64,000 bases of DNA from Geosiphon pyriformis uo1 (Eukaryota; Fungi; Glomeromycota). A program made the position numbers and the translations under genes. The DNA lies in the NCBI GenBank assembly GCA_016748015.1, contig JAAOMT010000741.1:310001-374000 (forward strand), given 5' to 3'. The notes beneath the pieces are model-generated. The model ran no database searches and had not been told where the DNA came from. It saw only the letters and a program-made list of their open reading frames with translations. Of the stretch, positions 12,325 to 24,400 are shown one piece after another; position 1 is the first letter of the stretch, and every line of letters starts with the position of its first letter.

Positions 12325-13044
12325 ATGACTATTCCTCAAAACATTCAACAATTATCCCAAAAACTAATGTTAGCTTTAAAAACAATACTCTAATTATCCA
12401 TTACTGTTACTAGAAACCACGTTAATTATACTCAAACAAAAGTAGTTACAAATTTAGTCCTAAATTCACGAAAATATCACCCATATAAAAAGAACACAAG
12501 AAGTTATTCTGGAATTCACCTGCCAGAACTTTTAAAGCTTGCTTTAAGAGAAAACTTAATGCTCACTCCTATTAGTATTCCACCAAATGCTACTATTCAA
12601 CAAAAACTTCAACTGTGTCTTAATGAAGAAAACTACGACTATACTCCAATATATAGATATTTCTACATTGGAAAAACACTTCACAAACAAAAATGAGAGC
12701 TTACAGCAGCAAACCTCACAAAAGAAGCTATTTGGAAACAACTCCACAATGAATTCAAGACAACAGCTGGACCTACAAACAGTCATTATAAACTAAGAGC
12801 TGCTCTTAGACTTTATGACCTATTCCACATCTGTAAAAACGTTCTACAAAACCCAATTTTACAACTTTTGAAGATTCAATACATTGGAAAGCTCACAGAA
12901 CTAAAAATTCAACAATTTTCAGACCAAATTTCTTCAATAATTTTGGATTATTATTTGAAAATTACAAATAGTACTTGGACTTTGATGGAGCTTAGTCTTG
13001 AAGAGAAAGTTATGTTACCAGATGAAATTAGAGATATTATTTAG
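12325..13044 (+). pseudogene. Element A ORF3, unknown protein (~240 aa, two nonsense codons), running through the PPT into the 3' LTR
   Basis: Manual translation MTIPQNIQQLSQKLM...YRYFYIGKTL...AALRLYDLFHICKNVLQNP...IGKLT aligns with ORF3 of B and C. Confidence 0.75.
13000..13009 (+). promoter_or_regulatory. Polypurine tract of element A
   Basis: GAAGAGAAAG just before the 3' LTR. Confidence 0.8.
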
Positions 13045-13997
13045 CATGAAATTATCTTTATAATTCCTATCATTAATTAGCATATATTATTATTTCAAAT
13101 TATCACTTATTACATTAGCAAAATGTCTGAAATTATCATTTAATTAATAACCCAATTTGTACATAACACAAATGTAACCTAATTGCGATGATCAATCATG
13201 CAATACTCTGAAATATGTAACATTCAAAAGTTTGCCGAAATTTGTAGAAATTCACCGAAATAATTAATAGTTTATCAAAATATCTAATAGTTCACAGAAA
13301 TAACTTGTAGTTCACTAAAATGTATCTTTAGTTCAGCAAAATTGTAGAAAAGAACAAAGTTCAAGTTCATAGAATAGTGATACAATAAGTTGTATAAAAG
13401 ACAAGCTTCTCTTTTCAAGAAAATGTATCTTATTCAGATTTATTATTTAGAACTATTCCTACACACACAAAAAGAAATAAAATATCAAATAATTCAAAAA
13501 ACCAATTTCTTTTAAAATATTGCACTTGGAAAATCTCCAAAAACCCAACTAATGTTTTGAAATTGATTAGCTACCAATTTCAGTAAACTGTTAGTAACTC
13601 CAGGCCTAGATAGAAAACATTTCCCTTGACAGAATTCTATTTCTTTTACATTTCTTTATTTTCTTTCTTTTATTTTCTTATTATAATCATTAGGGTAGTC
13701 TACAGACAAGATTCCTGTAGAAGAGTTGACTTTCACAGCAAAGTAACTACACATTTTTAGTGAGCTTCCAGACAAGCAATTCTTGGAAAAGAGTTGACAT
13801 TTACTACAACGTAACTACACGAAGCAACTGACACAGAATTGGCCATTCCACTTATAAGCCCAGCAGTTCAAATTATAGGAGATAATTTGAAGATAAAATT
13901 CAGTTATTGGAGGTTCAAACACTTCCCATAGTCGTGAATTAACAGCATTACAACAAACATACAAGAGCTAAGAAGAGACCAAAAACCTTTGGTAACA
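13013..13997 (+). repeat. Element A 3' LTR (985 bp)
   Basis: Co-linear with 4113-5097; differences are almost all transitions. Confidence 0.96.
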
Positions 13998-16900
13998 TCA
14001 AACAAGATTTCTTCAGCTTGTAGTACTTATAACATTTTATGTGGGGACAATTTCTCTATATTAAGGGGTATGACAACACAATTATCTATTTTTGTCATTG
14101 GTTTAGTAATTAAGAATGTATTGGAGAAGAACTGTAAACTGTGGCTGGTTTTGCAAGACATGTATAAGGCCTATAACTCTGTTGGCTGAAAACATCTTAG
14201 GAGAAGTTTGGTTAGAATCAAGATGTGTGACAGGTTTATTAGGTTTTTTGGTAATATTCACAATAGTCAAGTTAACAAAGTGATGACAGATTTTGGCTTA
14301 ACTGATGAGTATTATGTTTATGATGGTTTAGACCAAGAGAAAGTGTTTTTATCTCTTCTTTGGCACATATTCTATGATTCACTTCTATGTAAAGTCAAAA
14401 GACAGAAGAGTATATGTGGTTACAGGTTGAATTCTTATTTTGTTTCCAAGTTGGGCTAGGTGAAATCTCAGACTGGATTGACATCATTTTTTGCTGCTGG
14501 TGTTTTCATTAATGATACGATTTGGGTTGGTAGTAATCAGGCTGCTACACAACACATCCTCAATGTTGCTAGTGAATTTTTTAGGTTTAATGATATTTTT
14601 ATAAATAATGACAAGACTGTGGTCATCCTTATCAACTGCCAGGTTTCTAACCTTCATCTGACTGTCAGTGGCTTGCCTATTTCTGTTACCAAAAAGAGGG
14701 AACCTCATCATTATTTGGGTATTTTTTTGTCTTTTGAGGGTCTGTTGAAACCTAGTATGGCTAAGATGCATTCAGATTTTCGGTTTTTTGTCAATCTTGT
14801 TTTAAGGAAAGCAATTTCAGATAAACAGTTTGCATATTTGGTGTTAGCGGTTCTTTTTTCTATTGTTAATTACAGGACCCAATTCAGTTTTGTTCCTATT
14901 AGTGTTTGTAATAAATGTAATGCTATGGTTTACAGGGACTTAAAGTCTAGGTCTGGTCTTCCATGTGATTTCCCTACTGATGTAATCCATTATTTTTCTT
15001 TGTATAGTTTAAAGATTTTTGAACAAATTCAGACTGAAAGCAAATCAGCTTCTGTTGTTTTTTTTGTAAATTTATTGAGTATTTTGGATTGGTTATTTTC
15101 TTATAGGTCTCATGATCTTCAGGTTTTTAGCTGGTATTCTCACCACCTTTTACAATTTCCAGCTCGTGTTAAAGTCAACCCCTCAGACAATTTTCTGGCT
15201 GGTATGATCCACATTTTTTCTGGATGTGATTTGTTTTTGGGCAGCTTTCTGGCCAGTGTGTTTCATTATTGGGGTGGTACTCCTATGTCTCTTGTTTTTG
15301 GTGAGCCTAATTATTTTAAGTATGTCTCTTTTCTTCGGCAGTATAAGGTTGCTTTTGTAGACTAGCTGTGTAACAAACATGGTAATGTTTTTGGTTGAAC
15401 AACTTTCAAGCAATAGAAGCAACTGGACTCTCATGGCCCTGTTTCTGTCTGGTTTGAGCTTTCTGTTCATTTTCTTGGTGGTGAAACTTCTCCTTCTGTT
15501 TGTTCCCTACCTTTGGATGTTTCTTCTGATGTTCTTTGGTCTCATGATTTTGGTGTCATTGGAGTCAATTTGCTGCATGTTAATGCTGCTCGTCTTTTTG
15601 TGTACACAGATAAATCTCTGAGCAGTCTGAGAACTCCTAGTATGATGGCTGATACTGCTGTTTTTTTTGAGAACATTAATTTGGGTTTGGGTGTTGGAGT
15701 TTCTGGTTTGGTCTCTTCTACAATGATAGAGTTGCAGACCATTGCTCTGGCTCTTGAATGTATTCTTTTTTTCTGTTCAGTTGACTTGTTTTCGGACAGC
15801 CAAGCTGCTCTGGACACATGCAAATCAGAGTCTGTGTTGGCTTATCTGAATTTCAGAAATTGGTGTTGGGTCAAGTATCACCATATTGTTAATGTCATTT
15901 GTCGCAAGAATTTGGATGTAAATTGGATTAAAGTTAAAAGTCATTCTGATGTCTCTGGCAATAAGCATGCTAATGCTTTAACTAGAGCTGCTGTTTTCTC
16001 TAATAGATGCCTACCTTACATAGTTAACAAACAATTTCTTCAAGCTGATGACATGACAATCTCTGGTAATTCTTGGTATTTTGTTCATGATATTTTCCAA
16101 TCTATTCACTGTGCATGTTGAGAAGTTGGTTCTGGTTCTTGTATTTTGATGGATAGCCTACATGCTGATATTGATTGGTCCAGATCTTTATTGGTGTGGC
16201 ATCCTGATTTTTATTTGGCTGCTGGTTTTACCAGTACATGTACTGCTGGCTTTTGTTCATATTTTATAAAGACATTGCATCATCATCTTCCTGTTGTAGT
16301 ACATAAGTGACTTTATAATAAGTGTTACCCTAGTGTGGTGTATTTGTTCTGTGGAAATGTTGAAGTCTCAGACCATGTTTTTTCTTGTTCTTTTGATGCT
16401 GCTGGTCATGCCCATTTGATAGAAGCTTATGCATCAGCATAGAAGTTATGCTCGGGTTTATCTTGCTTTTTTTTTTGTGTATTGCAGTTATTGCATACTT
16501 GTGTTTTCAATATTGTTGTTAGTACTGCTCTGTGTAAAGACTTTGTTTTCAACAATTAGTATCATGAATCTGTTTCCGTTTTTAAGAATTCTAAAGTTGC
16601 AGCTCAGAATATCACATTCTTTGTGCACAAATTCTGTCTTGCTTTCCAGAATGATATTTGGCTGGTGCATAACAAACACCAGACTATTATGGAAAAAGGT
16701 GGCTTGATCTTACCAGATGGTTCTGTTTCTGTCTTAGTTTCTGGTCTTCTGGTGGTGCTCTCAGCTGGTGTGGTTAGGTTATTGGGTATTACTAATGCAT
16801 TTGGTGTTAGTTTTGGGTTTTATAAGTCTTGTCTGTTTTTCTTAGGTATTGGGAACTTGATTTCTGTTTATATAGGTGTCTAGTGTTGTCTTGATTGGCC

Positions 16901-17010
16901 TAAGTGGCTGGTCACATGTAGCAAATGCATGATTCGCACCTAGTTTAGATCATTGATGTAATGCATAGTACTAGGCTGCATTTGGACTTTACTCATTAAA
17001 TGATAAAAAA

Positions 17011-17460
17011 TAATAATAATAATAATTAAACAATTATAACAAATTAATTAAATAAAAATCTATTTTAAAAAACCAAATTTTTTTATAATAATTACTGTTT
17101 AAAATTTACAAATTTTAATTAATATTTTAAAATTAATTAACTACTAATTTCAATAATTATTAGTAATTTTATATTTAAACAAAAAACAATTTTTTTTACA
17201 TTTTCTTTTTTTTTAATTTTTTTTATTTTTATATTATTAAATAGCTTATAATTAAAATTTTTTGTAAAAAAATTGACTTTTACTACATGGTAAATACACA
17301 ATAATAAAAAATTTATAGACAAAAATTTCTATAAAAAAATTAATTTTTATTGTAAAATAATTACAAAAATATTTGTTTTAAATATATTGTTTAAAAATTA
17401 CAAATTTAATTAAAGTTTTATTATTAAACATAAAAAAATATTAAAAATATCTTTAATTAT
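17011..17460 (+). repeat. Heavily decayed 3' part of an A-family LTR (probable host of LINE-1w); ends approximate
   Basis: Blocks such as aaattaattaactactaatttcaat and tttgtaaaaaaattgactttt match A LTR aaattgattagctactaatttcagt and cctgtagaagagttgactttc. Confidence 0.6.
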
Positions 17461-18349
17461 ATTAATATAAAAACCAAAAATTATTTTTTTTCATGAATTT
17501 TTTTACTATAATAAAAACAAAAAATTTGTTATAAAAATATTACTTTATATTTTTTTTCTTTTTTTGTTTAATAAATATTTTTGCTAATATTAATTTATTT
17601 AAAATAATAAAACTAGTAATCTTTTTAGTTAAAGTTACAAATACAAAAAAAACTAGAATAAATACATATTTAAATATAAAAAAAAATAGGTTTTTATTAA
17701 CTTTTATAATTAGAAATATTAAGAAAAAAATTTACAAATCATATAACAAACTTTTAATAATTGATTTATTTATAAACTTTTTAACTTCAAACATTATAAA
17801 CATTATTAATTATAGTATATACAGGCCTTAAAATAACAAAATAAAATAAGCTAAAGAATATTAACAAAGTTTTAAAGCTAATAATTTAGAAAATTTGATT
17901 ATTAAAAAAATCTAATATATAAATTTAAATAATATAAAAGACAAAACAATAAATAATACAAACAATATAATAATATACAAAATTAAAACCAAAATTTTTA
18001 ATATTTTGTAAACATTTTTTTTTCTGTTAATATATTAAAAATAATAAAATATTAAATATCTTTTTTTTAATTGCTATTATTAATAAAACTCAGAATTTAT
18101 TATCAAAAAAATTTTGATTAATTTATTCAAATTAGTATTAGAATTAATATTATTTAAATTTAACACAATTAAAATAATAATAATATTGTTAATTAGTCTT
18201 TGGCAAAAAACATTGTTATCAGTAAAATTTTAGCCATTAATTAGTATTGTAATTGCAAACATATTAAATTATATCAATGTATATTTTTGATCAGTAGTAC
18301 TGACTAGTTGTTTATTAAATTATAACTTCTTTTGTAAAGTGTTTTGTGT

Positions 18350-19366
18350 TTGAGTCTAAATACATGTTATAAAGAATAATTTTTTTCTCAGTTTTGGTAA
18401 TTACTTGGAATATATTATATTAGTGGTATTAGTATAGTATATTGTTTCTAACCAAATAATATTTAGCTTGTTTTTGAATTTTTGTTTGTTTTTTCAACAA
18501 TAATTTTATTGGTAATTAGAGAGTTATAAGATAATATATTAAATATTGATGTGTTTTGGTATTTATTTTGATCAAGTAAGTAATTTTTGGTAGTTATATA
18601 TATTTTATTTAAGATAGACAATCTGTATTTATGTTCTTGGTTTTTTTTTTATAAATAATATTATATGTATAAGATTGTAAGATAGTAACTTATCTGGCAT
18701 AATATCTTTCTAATAAATTTTTGTTTATTAACCAAATAAGTTTTTTGTGATTTGTGATAATATTGAATAGATTATATAGCAAATATTATTTGAAATATTT
18801 TACAGTCTATATAATCATAAAAAATTTTACTTTATAAATTGTATAGTTTTTTTTGGCTATGCTTAGATTTTTGTTGGCATATATAACTATGTGTTTTTTT
18901 TTTGTTTTGTTATAATAATACAGCACCTAAATCTGTTCCAAAAACGTTAGTTGTAAATACAAATTTCTTAGTAAAATCAAAGTATACTAAAATGGGAGCT
19001 TTAATAAATCTTTGTTTTAAGTAGTTAAATGTTTATTCTTGTTTTTTATTCTATTTTTGTGTTGTATTTAATTAATAATTAATTTAATAGTTAAGCCACT
19101 GTTAAAAAATTTTTGATAAATCTTTAATACTATAAGACAAGTCTTAAAAATCTATAAAATTCAGTCAGATTCTAAAAACAAAAAAAATTTTTGACTTTCT
19201 TAATTTTTACAAAATTAGATTTTATTTCTTTTTTTTAATAATATGCTTTAAAAATACAAGTTGTGATTTTTCAAAAAAATATTTTTGGGATTAAGTTTTA
19301 GTCCAAAAGTCAAAATTTTTTGAAAATTTACTATAAATATTTAAGATGCTTTTTAAATATTAGTAA
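18350..19366 (-). mobile_element. Remnant R: very old Gypsy RT C-terminus, RNase H and integrase N-terminus
   Basis: The reverse strand translates to KHLKYL..FGLKLNPK..LVFLKHII, NTDCLS*IKYI* and VITKTEKKIILYNMYLDS. Confidence 0.7.
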
Positions 19367-19625
19367 TATTATCAATAAAATTTTAATTATTAAATTAGCA
19401 TAAAATTACCTTTATAATTCCTATTATTAATTAGAATACATCAAATATTGTTTTAATTATCACTAAAACTAATAAAAAACTTCTTTTTTTCTTACCTCCA
19501 AAAATCCTCAAAAAGTACACTTTCTAAAAAAGAAGTTTTTCTAATTTTTCTTGTTAGTTTATATCATCATTTCTTTAAGTAATAACTCTTTTGTTGTGGA
19601 TTTAAAGACTGTTTCTGGCAGTGAT

Positions 19626-21472
19626 ATGTCTAAAAAAAAGGCACCCAAAGGTGTTTTCTATGGTTCTGCTGGTGGTTCCTTCATGCAGAAGAAAAAAGTA
19701 GTTCTTGGAAATATCAAACACTCTGGTGATGAGAAAGATATTTCCTTGAGTAAATCTAGTTCTGGTAATAGTGTGTATACTGATGTGAATAGTTTGTTTG
19801 GTGATAATAAAGTTATTGGCATGACTGATGTGAATAGTGGATCTCATCTGGGCTTGGCTGTTACTACTTCCAAGACAAAACATGTTAATACTGGTGTTGG
19901 TTTTGACTTCCCACTTAGCTCTTCCAATTTTTACATGGAAGATGATGAGATTGTTCTCCCTCTTCACTTACCCATCTTTCTGGACAAAAAGTGAATTGAC
20001 CCGAAAATTATCAAAACTCCCATAGAGGTGTCAGTCAAGAAATCATTCACTTTGGACATTAATCTTTCAGCAGTAGAAGGCAAATCTGCCACAGCTAAAA
20101 CTCAAGTCATCAGAAAAAATTTTTCATCAATCAATGGTTTTGGGAGAGCCACTACCCCCTCAAAATTTGAGAAAATCATCCGATCTACATTTACTTCTGA
20201 GAAGAGCATGATTAAGGCTGCATCATTGGCCAGAGAAAAAAGAATTGTTATAAACAGTGATTTTAAGAGACAAAGAATGGGGCTGTAGTGATCAAGAAAT
20301 TTTTCATGAACACACCTAAAGATATGATCATCACCGCAGTATCTGAATTTGGGGAAATTAAGTCAATCACAATTCAACTGATTGGAATGTGGCAAAAAAC
20401 TGTGATCGAGTTTGTTGAATTGAACCAAACTAACTTGATAGTCTCTAAGTGGTCATTTCTAATTGATAAAAATTCTGTGCATGTAGCCAAAGCAGTGGGA
20501 AATTGTGAAACTTGGGCATCAAGGAACCAGTTCCAAGTGCTCTTGTTTACTTTGCCAGTGGGAACAATAGCACATAACCTTAGAACTCTTCTGGATGGGA
20601 CTGGTGGGAAAACTTGTATCATAAACAGATCTCTGGAAACTGGTAATAGGATTTGTTGTGTTATAGTTGGTTTTGAATCTGATAATAATTTGGAATCTGC
20701 CTTTCGCATGGAGCCAATTCTTGGCAGTATTAAACTTTCTTGGGCAAGAATGAATCTGGTTTAGTGTGAGAAATGTGAGAAGTTTGGTCATTTTGCTCTG
20801 GAATGTGATGCATCTGTTGCATCTCCACTTAAGCCTTCAAGAAGATTTAAAAGAGTTGTATCTAATGAATGTTATCTTCAGTTGGCAAAGTTGTACAAGA
20901 AGAAAAGTGTTCTGATATCTCACCCCATTGCCTTTGGTGGCAAATCTTGGACCCAGGTGGTCATGTTTGCTGATTTTTCTGGTGGTCTTCGTCTCAGTTC
21001 TGGTTCCGGTTCTAGCCTTCCTCTTTCCAGTGCCTCAGATTCAAAAGATGGTTCTCCTCTCATTTCAACCAACACCTCTTCTTTAAATGCTCATTTGGCC
21101 ATTTTGGAATGCTCCTTGGAGCTCTTAACAGATCAGGTGTCTGGTATATTAAAAAAGTTAAGTGGCATGGAACTGAAATCTATGGTGACCCCTTCTTGCA
21201 CTCTTCTTCTGTCCACTCCCACCTCTTTGGTGCTGTATTTGAATGTGGATATGGTTTTGGATGATACAATGTTGGCTTCTGCTTCTTCTCTATTAGCTAT
21301 AGATAACGTGGTCTATGATTTTGGCTTGAGTTTTTCTAAGGTTCTGACCTCCAAAGTGGGTGAATTGGAATCAAAAATGGTAGTTTTTGAAGTCTCAATC
21401 AGTTCAGTTTTGAAAAGATTAGATTGTTTATGTTCTGGTGCAGGTTCTTCAGCTCTCTCTTCTTCTCAATGA
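19626..21472 (+). pseudogene. LINE-2w ORF1 (RRM-like repeats, CEKCEKFGHFALEC knuckle, coiled coil)
   Basis: Fragments 19551-19994, 20028-20288, 20288-20764 and 20882-21472. Confidence 0.85.
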
Positions 21473-24400
21473 GTAGTTTGGTGTGAAAAGTGGCTACATG
21501 TAATGTCAGAGGCATAAACAATCTTGCCAAACAAAAGGATATTGTTTGATGGCATAAAGATATGGACAATTTGGTTTCAATTTTCATGGAAACAAAGTTA
21601 AAAAATAAGGCTCGCCCTTGGTTGGTTGACAAATTTAATAATGTTTACATGTTTTTTTCTGGTTTGAACTCTGGTTATGTAGGTGCTGGTATCACGATTG
21701 TTATGAACAGATCCTTGGCTAAGCATGTATATAAGGTTTCTAAAGTTCCAGGTTGTTTTCTCTGTATTAGGTTATTTTTCAAGAATAAACTTTCAGTCTC
21801 AATTCTGAGACTGTATGCTGGTGTCTTTTTGGCTACTTGATTTTCTTAGGCTAATGAGATCAATTCCTTGATTGTAAGGGCTATAAATGAATTTTTTTTT
21901 GTTATTTTTGGTGGTGATTTTAATGAAGATGGCTCTTATAAGTGTACTAGTTTTAAAAAGTGTTATGATTTGGGTCTAGTTAATTCTTTGGGTGGGAGCT
22001 TCTTTGTTAAGACACCAACTTGAAGCAATTCTTGAGGTGTTGCAAAGACAATTGATTATGTGTTTGTTTCCTCGAATCTGGTAAATGCAATATTGTAGTG
22101 CAATGTTTTTGTTGTCAGTGAACATTTTAATACAGATCACAGAGCTGTTTTTGGGTCTTTAGATTTGGGTGGCCTTTTAAATACAAGATTAAACTCTCTT
22201 TGTAAACAGGTGAATAAGAATTGATGAAAGTTCAATTTCAAGAGTGCTGATGAGATTAAATAGAATAATTTTAAGAGTTCTATGCTGGCCAATGCTACAA
22301 TGTTCTCAAGTGAATTCGCTGCGTCTATGAGGTTTTTGGATTTGGATGCTATGTGGTGTGTTGTATGTAAAGTTATGACTCTTTTGGCTAATGAAATTTT
22401 CAAGAAAAAGTGGTTCAAAAGGTTTGATAAAGTTTTCACCAAAGAGTCTTCAAAATTTTATAAATTGAAGCTTTTGGTTTCTAGAATTGTTAAGGCTTTA
22501 TGTGGGGAAAATGCTGGGAACTTTGTTTATCTTATGAAATGCTGGAGTTCTGTAGACAGTATTAAGTTTTTTGTTGTTCAAAATCTGGTAGATTCTGGTG
22601 CTAGCTCTGATCGTATTCATTCTGCTCTTTTTGGTGCTAAAAAGTCTTATCATGCTTCCAAACTCACTGAATCTCTGAGAGCTAAGAAGACAAACATCAG
22701 GTCTGCCATTAATAAGAGAATGGAGAGCTTTGAGGTCAATAAGAGTCATATAATCAAGAGTGTGCTGGAGTGTCTGTTTTGTAAAGTAGTGCTAGACTAT
22801 CTGATGGTAAATGATGATCTGATTTTGGAACCTAGTTTGGTTAAGTCTAAGGTGAATGTGATCATGGAAGGATAGACCAAGAAGTGTCATGTGGCTGATG
22901 ATGTATCAATTGATTGGCATTATTAATATCAACCTTTGGAATATGTTTTTAATGAGGTTTTTTCTGATGTAATGTGCCCGATTGGTTTTGATGAATTCTT
23001 TGAAGTGGTTTCTGACTTGTTTGACAGCAAAGCTGCTGGTTTGTCTGGTATCTCGAATGAACTTTAAAAACATTGTGATAAGTCTGTTCTGAATATGCTT
23101 TTGGTAATTTTGAACCTTTGTCTGTCTGATGAATTGGTGTCTGGCCCTTAGAAAGAGGCCTGGGTCTCAATAATTCTCAAACCATATGAGTAAGAGGGTG
23201 TTTTGACCAATATTTGTCCTATTGCTTTGATCAAAACAGCTCATAAGATTTTTTTTAAGATTTTTTCTGACAGGATCTTCTCGGCATATAGTGTTTTTGA
23301 TGTCTTTTGTGGGGACAATTTCTTGGTTTTGAAAGGTATAACAACTTAGTTTCCTATTTTTGCAATTGGTTTGGTGGTTGAAGATGCTTTGAAAAAGGAC
23401 CAAGAGCTCTGGCTGGTTCTGTAGGACATGTGGAAAGTATATGATTTGGTTGGCTGGAAACATCTCAAAAATAGTTTGATCAGAATTAAGATGTGTAGCA
23501 AATTCATTCATTTTTTTGGCAACATTCACAATAATCATACCAACCAAATTATAACAGATTTCAGTTTGATGGATGGTTACCATGTACATGATGGCCTGGA
23601 TCAAAGAGAAGTTTTCTCCCCCCTTTTGTGGCAAATATTTTATGATTCTTTGTTGTGTGAAGTCAAGCGTCAAGAGAGTGTATGTGAATATAGGCTGAAT
23701 TCTTATTTTATTTCCAAGAATAGTCATGCCAAATCTTGGGCTAGATGTTCTTTTTTTTTTGCAGCTGGCGCTTTTGTTGATGATATGATTTGGGTTGGTA
23801 GTAGTCAAAGTGCTACTCAACATATTCTCAATATTGCCAGTGAATTTTTTTGGATCAATAATATCTCAATTAACAATGACAAAACAGTGGTAATTCCTAT
23901 TAACAGCAAAGTCAGCAATCCTTCTCTTTCTATTAGTGGTCTGCCTATTTCAATTACCAAAAAGGGGGAGTCTTATAGATACTTGGGTATTTTTCTTTCA
24001 ACTGAGGGTTTTTTTAAACCTAGTTTGGTAAAGGTGCATTTGGATGTTCATTTTTTCACTAATTTGGTATTGAAGAAAGCTGTCTCGAATAAACAGTTCT
24101 TGTATTTGGTTTTGGCAGTTTTTTACCCTATTGTAAACTATAGAATTCAGTTTAGCTTTGTTTCTGTTGGTGTGTACAACAAATGAGATGCTTTGATTTA
24201 CAAAGGCTTGAAACTAAAATCTGATCTTCCACTGGACTTTTCTAGTAATACAATTCACCATCCCTCTTTTTATGGTTTAAAGTCTTTTTCACAGTGTCAA
24301 TCTGAAAGTAAGATTGCTTTACTTGTTTGTTTTGCAAACTCTGGTGGGATTTTGGGATGCTTATTCAGTCACAGGTCTCATGACTTACAGGTTTTGTGTT

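Larger units (their letters stand above)
3830..13997 (+). mobile_element. Element A: full-length Ty3/Gypsy-like LTR retrotransposon with dUTPase, separate integrase ORF and ORF3
   Basis: 985-bp LTR pair TGTTACC...GGTAACA, PBS, PPT, domain order Gag-PR-RT-RH-IN; flanks TTGG (3826-3829) and TCAA (13998-14001). Confidence 0.96.
2029..16883 (+). pseudogene. LINE-1w ORF2 (APE endonuclease, RT, RNase H, zinc finger), split by element A
   Basis: The frame reads ...ACKILFKIL before 3830 and resumes SNKISSACS after 13997, matching uninterrupted LINE-2w (KIFFKIFSDRIFSAYS). Confidence 0.9.
1..17010 (+). mobile_element. LINE-1w: non-LTR retrotransposon (ORF1; ORF2 APE-RT-RNaseH-CCHC), decayed, interrupted by LTR element A at 3830-13997; 5' end at or beyond the window edge
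   Basis: ORF1 has an RRM-like segment and a Cys/His knuckle. ORF2 has APE motifs (WKIAICNIR, TETKL, TIDYVF), RT (GKAAGLSGI, IPKP, PIAL; FIND for FVDD), RNase H (VYTD, ELQTIALAL, FSDSQAAL, KVKSHS..GN) and a CGNVEVSDHVFSC finger. The A-rich tail at ~16997-17010 is co-linear with LINE-2w. Confidence 0.93.

Noticed and set aside
5143-13044. Endogenous retrovirus or pararetrovirus interpretation
   Set aside because: There is no Env-like TM protein or movement protein; the RT motifs, LTRs and DDE integrase fit Ty3/Gypsy.
17460-18350. Possible further TE fragments
   Set aside because: Too decayed to assign by eye.
23167-23823. 218-aa antisense ORF in LINE-2w and other short alternate-frame ORFs
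   Set aside because: They are shadows of TE coding strands with no motifs and no conservation between copies.
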